The notes below the pieces were generated by a model. It ran no database searches. It had not been told where the DNA came from and saw only the letters and a list, made by a program, of their open reading frames with translations. A stretch of DNA of 64,000 nt. Origin: Psilocybe cubensis. Its lineage: Eukaryota. The number at the start of each line of letters is the position of its first letter. The stretch's first letter is position 1. Where the stretch lies: assembly GCA_017499595.2 (NCBI GenBank), contig CM039005.1, positions 372,001-436,000 on the forward strand. The letters run 5' to 3'. Both the position numbers and the translations under genes were made by a program. Shown piece after piece: positions 49,503 to 60,860 of this stretch.

Positions 49503-51831
49503 ATGGCCAGTACTGAAAATCCTGTACTCGAAGACATTTTTCGAACCCATGATAGATTAGTAAGGGTGTACGATTGTCAAGAGCGCGAAATAATTGAAAA
49601 ATACAAAGATAATTACACCAAAGCTACAACTAATCTTGATCGTAAGCAGGTGGTTTGTGAAATACTACCTGCTCTTTTCAATCACTGGAGTAAAAGTAGG
49701 ACTGTAAGCCGTAGTAGAGATTTTATGCAGGAGGAGGCAAAGGTACGTGCATTGGCTGTGGTTGGAATAATTTACTTTTATTGAGACAAGTGTCGGGCCC
49801 GACCATACAATAGGTATAATAACAATCTTGGTTATAGCTTAGTCGGAACTAATATTGTATATTATAGAAACTACTGGCTTGGATTTGAAATAATTGGAGA
49901 GGAGAGCGACTTACAAAGGCGGCTACAATGGGCAAAAAATTGAAGCGTACAACTGTACTCTGGTATAATAGAAGAGAGGAGGTCTACAAGGAAATTGCCA
50001 GTATTCTAGGAATAGAATTAGCAGGAGTCGGGACACCAGGCGTTTTTGAAAATCGCATGAAAGCGATGAGTAACATTCTTTCCCGAATGTCCGACCGCGA
50101 AAAAAGACAGCTTGATGTGGAAGCATCAAATTATGCATCGGTGGTTTATTCCAATGAGGACAAGCGCAAGTAAGTGTTTAATTGAAATACAAGATCAACC
50201 TACTACTTAATTCTTCTTTAGAAAAGCAAAGAAGTATGCTTTTAAGAAGCTAGATGAGACAGCAAATCAACACTGGGCAGAAATGGGATTGATGAGTATC
50301 ACATTTGTTTGTCAAATTAATGAATCTGGCCAACTATCAGTCCAAGTGTGCGTTTTCAATTACAAGTCCACTTTCTAGTTGCTCATTTTATGATTCCGAC
50401 CATCTCCAACTGATGTAATATCCGACTCCGACTGATTGAATAACTCCAACAAACTCTATGACTCCGACACTCTCTGACTTGTATAGTCATGATCAAGTAG
50501 CCAGTGTTATTGGAGTTTGCTCAACTTTATTTGAAGAGCAAAAGCCAGATGAAGTCATACAAATGAAGCGGTTGATCAGTACTTATGTCCGTGGGTTATT
50601 AAATGCTAAAGAAAGAGCAACATCTGGAATGCAAATAACGGCAAAATCGGACTTATTTATACTTGATCAAGATGCCGATGGATTCCCAATCTTACCTCAA
50701 GACTTTGATGCCTCCAAGGTCAATAGAAAAGATTTAGAGTCTCTGCTCCGCCTTTATCTTGGTCAAAACTATAGTAAGCATAAGACTTTTGAGTTCAATT
50801 GGTGTGCTAAATTTTTAATAGAACTTGCAACACACGGTCGCACTTCGCAAACTCCTTACGAGGCTATTGAACTTTATCAATCCAAATTTATCTCTCCTGA
50901 GTACTTACCGCCCCGCTTCAAGCTAAAGCGGCCCCGATTTCTTGATCTTGAAGACTTGCGCAAGTTATTTACACATCTCCGATCACGTCAAGAAACATTT
51001 CCACTCAGTCAAGTATTTCGCTTTCGCAAAGTTAAAAAGGGGAGAAAAGGAGATGACCTGGAAGATACATGGTATCCTGATGAGACTCGCAACATTGATG
51101 CAGAAAGGAACAAACGTCGGCCTCCACCACCAAAAAAACCTAAAAAATCCAAGACAGCTCCGATGCGAATTGAGGAGATGGAGGGTGCATCAAGTTTGAT
51201 CACATTTGATTCCACTCAGGAAGCTATGCAGACTGGGACTGCAACACCACATGGTAATACAATTTTAGATTCCATGATTGACCCAGCTTTACGGAGTGAA
51301 TCCACTGCCAGTCATAATGTTCTTCCGGATCCAAAGGCTACTACAGATGAACAAATCACAATAAATGTTTCTAGTATACAAATTCCTCCTGCTGAAAATT
51401 CTCAACCCCGACCCCGACCCCGACCTCGTAAACCACCTACCACCCCGGCTGAGATTGCACAGCATCAACAGAACCTTCAAGATTTGGATAATGCATGGCG
51501 GATTTCCAATGAGCTTCTTGGATTGCAGTTGCCCACTTCAATTGAACCTGCACCCGCACACGCACCCGCACCCGCACACGCACCTGCACCCGCACCCGCA
51601 CCCGCACCCGCACCACCTGCACCCGCACATGCACACACACACACACCCGCACCCACACATGCACCCGCACCCACACACGCACCACCTGCACCCGCACCCG
51701 CACATGCACATGCACCCGCACACACACCCGCACCCGCCCCTCTGGCAAATAGAAGAAAAAGAAAGGAAGTAGAGGAAACATTGATTATTGAGGGTAAAAG
51801 GACCCGCCGCCCTCGAGAGAGAACTAGTTAG
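49503..51831 (+). pseudogene. KDZ cargo gene 2: multi-exon hypothetical protein with Pro/Ala tail and basic C-terminus; in-frame TGA at 49886
   Basis: Divergent from the transposase; exon 2 reads KLLAWI*NNWRGER in frame with ORF 49928; 457-aa terminal ORF with NLS-like RRKRK and KRTRRPR. Confidence 0.6.
51547..51740 (+). repeat. (GCACCC)n repeat encoding PAPAHA
   Basis: Tandem hexamer visible in the sequence. Confidence 0.9.
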
Positions 51832-52000
51832 TTTTTTGCTATATCAGTTAGAGTACTTCTTTTCAAGTAGAAGTTTAGTTATAATAACTTTCATATTTCA
51901 CACTTCAAAAACACTTGCAAATCCTCAATATTATACAAGAACAAAAACATAATATATTGAGAGAAAAAAAAATATTTTTAAGAAAAACAAAAACCCCGCC

Positions 52001-54698
52001 CTACAAGGCATTGGCATCTACAGAGGGTGGCGGAGGCGACAACGGAAGTGCTGGTGGTGTGGTGGGTGGCTGAGGGGGAGTAAAATCAACCGGAGGATTG
52101 AGAGAAGAAGCACCTTTGGCACCATCGACATTTTCCACATTTTCCGTTCCGATGGCCTGAACTCTGTGATCCGCAGCAGGATTGGCGTTGTCGTCAATGG
52201 CGTGATCGGCAGTGAGATCTATGACGGCATGATTGGCGTTGTGGTCAGAAGCGGGATCGACGTTGTTGTCGGATGCGGGATCGGTGTTGTTGTCGGAAGC
52301 GGAATTGGCGTCATTGTCGGAGTCGGGATCGGTGTGATTGTCGGAAACGGGGTCGGTAGCAGAATTGGGATGGTAGTTTGCAGAGGTGCCTGCCTTGTCA
52401 TCTGAAGACAAGTCCATCGGAATTGAACCATCCGTCGGACCATCCTCAGCGGCACTCTCTACGTCTTCCACAAACTCCTCAGAAAGATACGCACCATCAC
52501 TGTTCATCTGATGCATCTGTATCTTGTCAATGCAGCCTTCAAGAGAGAGAAGAGTATCGTCGGTCCTGTCAAGAGAGTCGGAAAGATGCTTAACCTCTGC
52601 CTTCATCTTTCTCATTCCAGCCTCCCACTTTGCTCCAAACGCCGACTGACGATCGACCACGGCATTTCGATGTCTGCTAACTCGCTCGCATAGGTTGTCG
52701 TAACTGCGCTTGAGTGAGGTATACGATGCTTTCAAATTGTAAAGCTCCTCCTGAAGATCTTCATTAGTTGTTTTCAGAATGGCCAAGTCAACCTGAGTTG
52801 CGCAACCCATGATTTCCAACTCGTTAATCCGCTTTGCGAAGTCGGCAATAGTCGGAATGTCGGTGATGTCGGAGTCTTGCAATCGACGTGGAGGAGTAGC
52901 CCTCTGAACTGTTGTTAAGGGTGCAGGAGTAGGTGTGGGTTTGGAAGGGGCGGGTTTTGAAGGAGCGACATTTGATGGACCAGCTTTCAAAGAAGCGGGC
53001 TTTGCAGGAGCGGGGGTTTCAGAGCCAGAGCTAACCTCAAGATAATCAACTTCAAAATATGAGTTTCAATGTACAGATGAGATAAAACTTAATTGAACAC
53101 ACCTGATTCTGACGGTTTGGTTGTTTTCTGTGTCTCAGTACCAGATTTTTCCTCCTCTGAGGCGTCATCAGTGTCTACCACATCTGCAATAAGTGAATAA
53201 AAATGAATATTCAAGAATAGAACAATTAGATAGCACGTACATTGTTGAGACTTCACCCGTTTTTTGGGTGGCATGGCCTCCTTGTTGGAGTGAGTAACAG
53301 GTTCTGACTGCTTGCCCTTTGGTCCCCGTTTTGATGCTTTCGCCGCAGAAGCCTTGTTAGCCCGACGACTTTCGGAAACCAACATACCTCCCCATGTGCA
53401 ACCCTTCTTGTGCTTGCTGCAAAAGGCACAAGTGCGTTTCCCTGTGTTGGTGATAATCTCCTGGCACTCCTTGTTGTTATTTTTGAGGCATTGATCGCAC
53501 TTTGTGGCTGGAGCCGTTGGAGTCGCTGCCTTGACCGACCTTTTGCGCTTTACCCCTGTCTCCACCCCCGACTCCTCATTCTCCGATGACTCCTCGTATT
53601 CGGAGCCCAATTTTGGTGGTTGAGTAGGATCTTCTTTAAGCATTCTTTGCAGCTTCAACGCCCTAAACTTGTTTTCAGGGCTATCGGGGCAATCAAAGTG
53701 TACCATTGCAACTTCGTGAGCAAATAAACCAACTGACTTTGTCGGAAAGCTTTCCTTCGATGCCTGTTCTTTCTGGACACGGGGTTTTGACTTTTGATTT
53801 GGTTTGTCGGCATGCGAAGGAGCATGGCGGGACAAAGATTTGGGATTGGGATGAACAGGATGGGACGACGAAGCGGAACGGTTGGAAGTAGCCAGTTCTT
53901 GTAAATATAGAAGTTTTTTAAGAATATTATATACACAACAACAAAGGTACATACCTGCAAGAGCTCTTGAAGCATGGTTTGGCTTCAAAAGCACATTAGA
54001 CAGTGCTACTGAGTCGAAGAAGACCACCACTAAGTCAATACAAATTTAAATTTCAATACTGAGAACAACACTCACAGACTGTAGCCTCAGAGGGCGTCAA
54101 CTTAATCGCAGCGGCTTGGGTGGACACAGTTCCAGCAACAGTACTATTGGTGGAATTAAGAGCCTTGTGATCCCAACCAGAACTGGACTCCGTGGGTCCC
54201 TGATGTGCAACGACGGCAGGTGGGTACTTGCGCCCTCGAGACGAAGTCGACTCGATGTCTGACACCTGACTTGCAGGTGCCTTGCGAGTTGGGCCCAACT
54301 GCGACATGTCGGAAGTACGAGTCGGGGCCGACTGCGACATGTCGGAAGTACGAGTCAGGGCCGACTGCGACATGTCGGGTGTGCGAGTCGGGGCCGACTG
54401 CGACATGTTGGGTGCGCGAGTTGGGGCCGACTGCGACATGTCGGGTGTGCGAGTCGGGGCGGACTGCGACATGTTGGGTGCATGAGTCAGGGCCGACTGC
54501 GACATGACAGGAGCACGAGTCGGGGCCGACTGCAAAGCATCGGGAGCGCGATGGGGCAATCCATTCGACGTTGGGGTCGGAGTTGCCTCAACGGCATTGG
54601 AAGCAATTGAGGTGGAGGTTGCCATTGCACTGGCAACCTCCAATTTTGCCAGCGCATTGCGATGCTTGGAGACAAAGGTGGCGCCGTCAAAGTCGCCC
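52001..54698 (-). CDS. KDZ cargo gene 3: multi-exon protein with 11-aa repeats, Zn2Cys6-like cluster and coiled coil (5' end unresolved)
   Basis: ORFs 54053-54643, 53089-54030 and 52001-52990 with GT-AG junctions; CDQCLKNNNKECQ...CAFCSKHKKGC; heptad region; DPASDNN repeats. Confidence 0.6.
54284..54535 (-). repeat. 33-bp coding tandem repeat (MSQSAPTRTPD), 7-8 copies
   Basis: GGGGCCGACTGCGACATGTCGGGTGTGCGAGTC-type unit repeated in tandem. Confidence 0.92.
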
Positions 54699-56310
54699 GC
54701 TGAAGATCGAAGTTTGTGATTGGTTATAAACTATATGTAATCCAACAAACACAAACCCCAGGGAAAGAGTGGTCCAGACTGGATAGGACGAAACCTTCTC
54801 CTAAGTTTCTTAAGGGAGGACGCTGCCTAGGATTTAAGTAGATTAGGATGGTGTGGATTGTGAAGGGTAACGAAAGCGAAATAGTAAGAAGAGGATAACC
54901 GGGTCATCTGGGTACAATAGTAAATAAGCCTTCCGAAAATGGGATGGAACCGTGGAATTGGATGGCGGGTGTATATGGAAAGCGTGAAGAAGATGCGTAG
55001 AATGCGTATGAGAAATCAATAAATGTGAATCTTAGAGGGGTGGTCGGAAGTGAGTGGGGAACGTTCCGAGGGGAGATGAGAAGATGACTAGGAGTTGGAA
55101 TGTCGTTGAATGGCTGAATCTTGATAAGCGGATGGTAAAGGCGAAAGTGTCCTTAAATTGACAATCTTTCTGAAGCTTGGAATGAAGCTATACGTTGCAG
55201 GAGTATTGATTGAATCGAGGATGAAAGACTAAGTCTGTCTCGAATGAAATTGCTCCAGATGAGTTGACGGAGGGAAAGGATGTCTTGAATACACTCCTAA
55301 CGGCAATGGTTGGAAGGTGTAGAAAGAGTAGGAGCAGTGACGGATTGAATGGAGGAGAGGAAGTAGGGAAGTACTGGAGGTCTGGATAGAAGTTGGATAT
55401 TCAACGCTGAGAAGAAGAGGCGTTGGATGAGGAGGATGACTGGTCTCAGATGAAATCCTCTCTTAATGGAAAGCAAGATGACTTCGGATGAATGGAAGTA
55501 AACTTGGTCTCGACGGAGGGTAGAACTGATGACTGAATTGGACTTGGGTTTGGGCTTGGCTTGAACTTGAGCTTGGAATTGAAATGAATCGATGTGGATT
55601 GACTTGAAATTGACTTGACTTGGATGAAAATTGACTTGCTTTGAAGAAAGTGGGGACTGGGTGTAACTTTCCTGTCATTTCATGTAATTCTACTACAGCT
55701 TTTATACTAAAAGCTACGTGAACAAAATACCAATCTGAGCTACTGAAAACCAAGTCATATACTGTACAAAGTGTCAAGAATGAGGCTACGCAAGTGTAAC
55801 AATAAGCAAGAACAATAAGACATGTCAATATCAACACGACAACAGATAAGAAATGAATAGGATGAGTAAGAAAGAAGTGTATGACGAAGGTGAATGGTAA
55901 TACAGATTAGATAAAAGAAGCAAGGATGAGTCAGAAAGCATAGAAGATTGGTAAGACAAAGACAATAAAAGCGCAACAGACAATAGAAAAGATATAAATA
56001 AACACAAAAGGATGAGTAAGACAAACCAAAAATAAGTTGGAATGAGTAATCCGCAGCCTGACGCTGAGTAAGACCATTGAATTGATAAAAATAGAGTTGA
56101 CAGTCCGGCTGTGCAAGGCAGTGTAGAAAGCTGTGCAGTTTGATGGTTGACTGATCCGTCGCATAGCCTTGATGATCCGACGAAGTGACATGATCCGGAA
56201 TAACGTGGCTCCCATGTGACAAGTGTTGATAAGATAAGATGTGTGGATGACTTATGGAAAGAATGACTGCTTGGGTTGAGGGCGTCGTGTGTAGATCCAA
56301 AATGAACATC

Positions 56311-56629
56311 TCATCTCCAATCAGGATTGGGGTATGATACCGCGGCATTGGATTTCTTGTAATCCACAACAACCGACCACAGAAACTGTCCGAATTCCTT
56401 GAAAATCTCAGGATGTGTCTGGGCCTTTTTGACACGTAAAACCTCCTTCTGCACCAGGAATTTAGTAATGTATTGCATGAAAAAAAATTTCAACGGGGCG
56501 CACCATGACCTCGTTCGACTTCCTCATCATCTTTTTTACCTCCCCCCTCTTTACTGCATCCTTGATATTGGCGTCGAGTTGTGCGAGAGCGGCACGAAGA
56601 GATTCGGCGGTGCTGATTTTGAAGGCCAT
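56311..56629 (-). CDS. KDZ cargo gene 4: small two-exon ORF (possibly truncated by TGA)
   Basis: MAFKISTAESLRAALAQLDAN..SNEVM|KEVLRVKK..YPNPDWR*; intron GTGCGC..ACTAA..GCAG. Confidence 0.45.
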
Positions 56630-56902
56630 TTCGTATGTATATGCAAGTTTGAAGATGTGAGCTTGTAGCGAGCTGGTGGTAGTGGTGGTAGTGGGAGAAG
56701 GAAAGGTAAGAAATGGACAGTGAGCCCCCTGTGCTCGATATCGGCTACCTACACGATCACATGATCGTTGAAATTAAATTGGTGGCACGCGTGTCGGATT
56801 GATTGCGTAGATAGCAAAGCTTGGTATTCTTGTCCGACCAATATAAATAGGCTTAAGGATCCGGTAAGTCGCCCATTTGCTATCATCAAATTTTCCCCAG
56901 AT

Positions 56903-57472
56903 ATGAGTGTCCAGAATTCCTCACCAAACATTCTGGAAGGCTACGTTGCTATTGATGGCCCGGACAACATCAAGTATGTTGTCCCCCGCTTTATAATCTC
57001 CTCATTGGAGAATGATTTGGCAGCCTTAGGTGCTAAAGAGGATGCCAATGTTGTTACTGCCGACCTGACTCGAGTAAGTCCAATCTAAATATGACTGATT
57101 CATAATTAACATCCTATTCTAGAAGAATAATTCTAAACAATCGGACGCGTATGTCACCTTGTCAGGTATTTTGCGAGTGCCCCCCCGAAAATGTGAGTCG
57201 ATTCTAGTCATGTATACTCTGGGAACTAAAATGGGTTTTAGTCTTTGACCGATAATGAGATGCTCACACTTCATGCCGAGGTGTGTGCTTTGCAGAAGAG
57301 TCTTGGCATTTCGTATCAGGATGCCGCGCATCGGCTCTATATGGCGGAGGTCGCAAAATTGAAGGTGGCGGACGGGGATAGGAGATATCATGCATACATG
57401 GATCGATGCATGACCAAAACTCTCATCAAGTTGGAAGAAAGGCATACCTTCCGTGAAGATCTTAGAAAGTAA
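56903..57472 (+). CDS. KDZ cargo gene 5: small multi-exon hypothetical protein
   Basis: TATAAATA at ~56842; MSVQNSSPNILEGYVAIDGPD..; GTAAGT donor at ~57074; last exon LHAEVCALQKSLGISYQDAAHRLYMAEV. Confidence 0.55.
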
Positions 57473-57559
57473 TGGGCTAGTTTACTGTAGCAATTTTTGA
57501 TATGAATAAATTTTGTGTGTCCGACCTAATGTGCACATTAATTGAGTGCATGACCACAT

Positions 57560-57730
57560 TCACACTTGCACCCAAACCCAAACTCGCACCCACACCCGCA
57601 CCCATACCCACTCGCACTCGCACCCGCACCCACACCCAAACCCAAACTCGCACCCGCACTTGCACCCGCACCCAAACCCGAACTCGCACCTGCTTGCACT
57701 CCCACCCGCATCTGCACCAACACCCACACC
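57560..57730 (+). repeat. Degenerate (GCACCC/AAACCC)n repeat, probably non-coding, near the right end of the KDZ element
   Basis: Tandem hexamer variants visible in the sequence. Confidence 0.85.
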
Positions 57731-59083
57731 ATACTGGCACTCATATTCACAAGCACTCACACTGGTATTTGGGTCATATTGTCTCACCATCTTGCACACA
57801 AGTCAAACACCCAGAACCAACATTCCGCTCCTCCGACACCGTGCAAATTCCACTAAGTTGAACATTTATTGATATACCCAACCCGCCCATGTGACGGGTA
57901 CTAGACCTCTCCATATTCAAGAATTGCGCAAGGTATAGTACAATGTAAACTACTGTGTATAGTTATGTGATATTCAGTGTATGAATGAATTTATTGAATC
58001 CATATTATACGATACATTATACCAGTCCACTGTACCATGTTATACAGTACTATGTAGTGTTAGTATGTGGTCCATCCTCCAAGCGAGAAAAGCGCATATA
58101 TCCAGTGAGAATGGAGAATTAGATCGAAAGGGGCCCGATAACCTTGAGAAATTTGGGGAAAGTGTGGCATGCCTGGAGAAAAAATCAAGCAGCAAGTCGT
58201 AAGCATATCAAAACTCAACGCGCCGGTCGACCAAGATATCCAAGTCGAGAGCCAGAGTAATAAAAGCAGTACCATAGCAGAAAATATAGTACTCCAGACA
58301 GAGTCAAGGCGCATATACGAGCGAAGAGAGACCAGCAAGAACTCCCGCAGTGCACAGGCAGGCAGATCAACAAACTGGTGGCATGGATCAGACGGAACGA
58401 AGGTTAGAGAATCAAAAAATAGGGCACACCTCATCTGCATAGATATCAACTTATCGTAAGAGTAAGCCTGTGAGCAATCCAATGGGAGTCAACCAGGGAA
58501 AGCGCGTCATGCCACAGTACATCGGTAGATCAGTGGCACCAAGTCAATTGCGACATCAAACCCACAAGAAAATTGCGATCCCACAGAAGGGAAAGACTAA
58601 CAGAACAGCATAAACGTCCATGCAAATGTGATGAGTGGATTCGGGAGGAGGAGATGATGAGAGAGGTAAGGAAAAAAGTGGGCGGCCTCGAAAGAAAGGA
58701 GCCCGAGTTTTATAGAATCGGTTCACGTGAGGTTATCTCCGGCCCGCGAAAAGTTTCGGGAACTCCCTTGCACTCAATGAGGCAATTTGCAGTTCCTCTA
58801 ACGCCTTTTCATCCAACTCGGTACATAGCATCGCGTCCGACTCCAAGATGGATGTAATTACGAGCCGTCTTTTGTGCAAATGGCAGAGATATCACTGCAG
58901 ATCAAGATATATCACTGGAATTGAATCCCAAGACCGGAGCCAAACAATGACCGGATCACTCTCGGAACAAACACGGCATGATCGACCAGTCACAGTCACC
59001 GGGCTCCCGAGGGCCGATAAGGGTTATTGTCAACCATCAACCACACTGAGGGAGGACAAAGCTCTTTGGTGTTTTGCCTCGAT

Positions 59084-60754
59084 ATGAGTTCCACACTCTT
59101 TTATCAGACTCAACTTTCTGTGCTATCCTGTATCTGCGTCTTTGCTCTTTTTCTGGATAGACGTGCGACCCGCAAAGTTTGGAATACATCACCAAATTCA
59201 CCGCATTCAGACGGTACACCTGGAAATGATGTACAAAGACGACTCGCTGCCGCATCTCTGTTAGCTTGGAAGTACCTTACCGTGTACGGGATTGTTATGA
59301 GTAGGGTATTACTATTTTTTTAATTGCGCATTCGTTTGACAAACGTCTCCTATCTTTAGCTGCAGATTGGTTGCAAGGGCCATACCTCTATTCTTTGTAT
59401 CGAGAGCAATATCAACTCTCGGAGAGGCTGGTAGCCTCCCTTTTTGTGGTTGGTTTCATATCTGCTGGCCTTGCGGCACCATTAATCGGTGTATGGGCAG
59501 ATCAGCAGTAAGTCATCCTGAAACATCCTCAAACCTACCAATCAAACGCAGGGTGTTTTTATACTCATAATAAATCTCACTAGTGGACGTAGAAAGTTAT
59601 GTCTGGCGTTCTGTATAACATACACACTATCCTGCCTCTGTATCACCATGCCTCACCTCGTTTTACTTCTGCTTGGAAGAATTTTGGGTGGCACATCGAC
59701 CTCTATACTCTTCTCAGTCTTTGAATCATGGGTGATATCGGAATCGACAACTGCATCTCTTCTTCCCGCCGATCTCTCGACTATCCTAGGGCGTGCAACG
59801 CTTCTGAATGGGTTTGTCGCAGCCGGTGCTGGAATCTTAAGCAACCAACTAGTTTTAATGACGAGCAATTTCGCATCTCCTTACATGGCCAGCGCGTCTC
59901 TGCTTTTGTTATCCTGGGTTCTTATTCGGGTGCTATGGACAGAGAACTATGGTGGCGGTGGAGGGCTCCCAAATAAGGATGTTTGGCAAATGAGGCGCCT
60001 TGGGCAGGCATGCACCATCGTCCGTCAAGGTTAGCTTGTATTTGAGTTATGAGATTCATTCAAGCTCATTATGAAAGAATAGACCCTGTACTACTCGTCC
60101 TAGGCCTCGCCCAAACATGTTTTGAGGGGTCTATGTACCTCTTCGTCTTTCTATGGGTCCCATCTCTCCAGGAAAGTTCATCAGACCCTCAATTGCCTTT
60201 AGGCTACATATTCTCCTCTTTCATGATATCGATGATGCTCGGCTCCCTTCTATACACGTTGATCGTTACGCGTCATCAACAACTCTCCGACCCGAAGCCC
60301 TCATCTGTCACACTGCACGCCCAACTCAGCAGCATCGTCTGTGCAGTCAGTGCTCTGGCGTTTCTAACTAGCACCATATTCTTCAGCGAACACACTAGGT
60401 TCTGGGCATTCTGTTTATACGAAGTATGCGTTGGAATGTATTATCCAGTCCAAGGCACACTTCGCGGGGCTCTAATTTCAAATGAACATCGTGCTACGGT
60501 GAGTAACAAGGCTTTTTTTGTCCAGACTAACTTGTTTACCACAAGGATTCTCACAGTTATCTTCACTGTTCCGGGTTCCGTTGAATATTTTCGTGGCTGT
60601 CTCGTTGTTGACCGGAGTTTCTTCGGCGAGGAGAACGGTGCTAGTGACTAGCGCTGTCATGTTGACCGTATCGTCGCTACTGACTGCCATAGTCATCGTA
60701 GACCGTTCTAAAGAACCACAATCCCCTCCATCTCCACGCCCAAGTGATGATTGA
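59084..60754 (+). CDS. MFS transporter, MFSD5/DUF791 (molybdate-anion transporter-like) family
   Basis: ADWLQGPYLYSLY; GRRKLCL; LGRILGGTSTSILFSVFESW; FEGSMYLFVFLWVP; SSLFRVPLNIFV. Confidence 0.88.
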
Positions 60755-60860
60755 TTATTACAAGTATGTTCCTACTGTACTATTTCTTCTGTAAATGAGC
60801 TAAACACGGGTCCTTAGCCGCCTCAAAAATACCCTTGAATTTAAAACACTAATGGCAAGT

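Larger units (their letters stand above)
42819..58069. mobile_element. ~15.25-kb KDZ (Kyakuja-Dileera-Zisupton) DNA transposon with cargo genes
   Basis: CxC2-KDZ transposase inside; degenerate ~85-bp TIRs with a 14-bp identical core (42889-42902 vs 57985-57998) placed symmetrically; GTCCATC(C) direct repeat at 42812 and 58070; CA...TG ends. Confidence 0.75.

Noticed and set aside
51365-51781. His/Pro-, Cys/Gly- and Val/Arg-rich ORFs (metallothionein-like look), also at 57477-57872
   Set aside because: Alternate-frame translations of the hexamer repeat
54284-54535. CRISPR-like appearance of regular repeats (also 43016-43521)
   Set aside because: Head-to-tail tandem units without unique spacers; eukaryotic context; no cas genes
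54700-56300. Searched for a TET/JBP dioxygenase gene in the KDZ element
   Set aside because: No HxD..H..R pattern in a credible ORF; the region is low-complexity and purine-skewed
57881-57904. ACCCG..CGGGT hairpin followed by CTAG, resembling a Helitron 3' end
   Set aside because: Stem only 5 bp, hairpin abuts CTAG, the next base is not T, and no Rep/helicase is present
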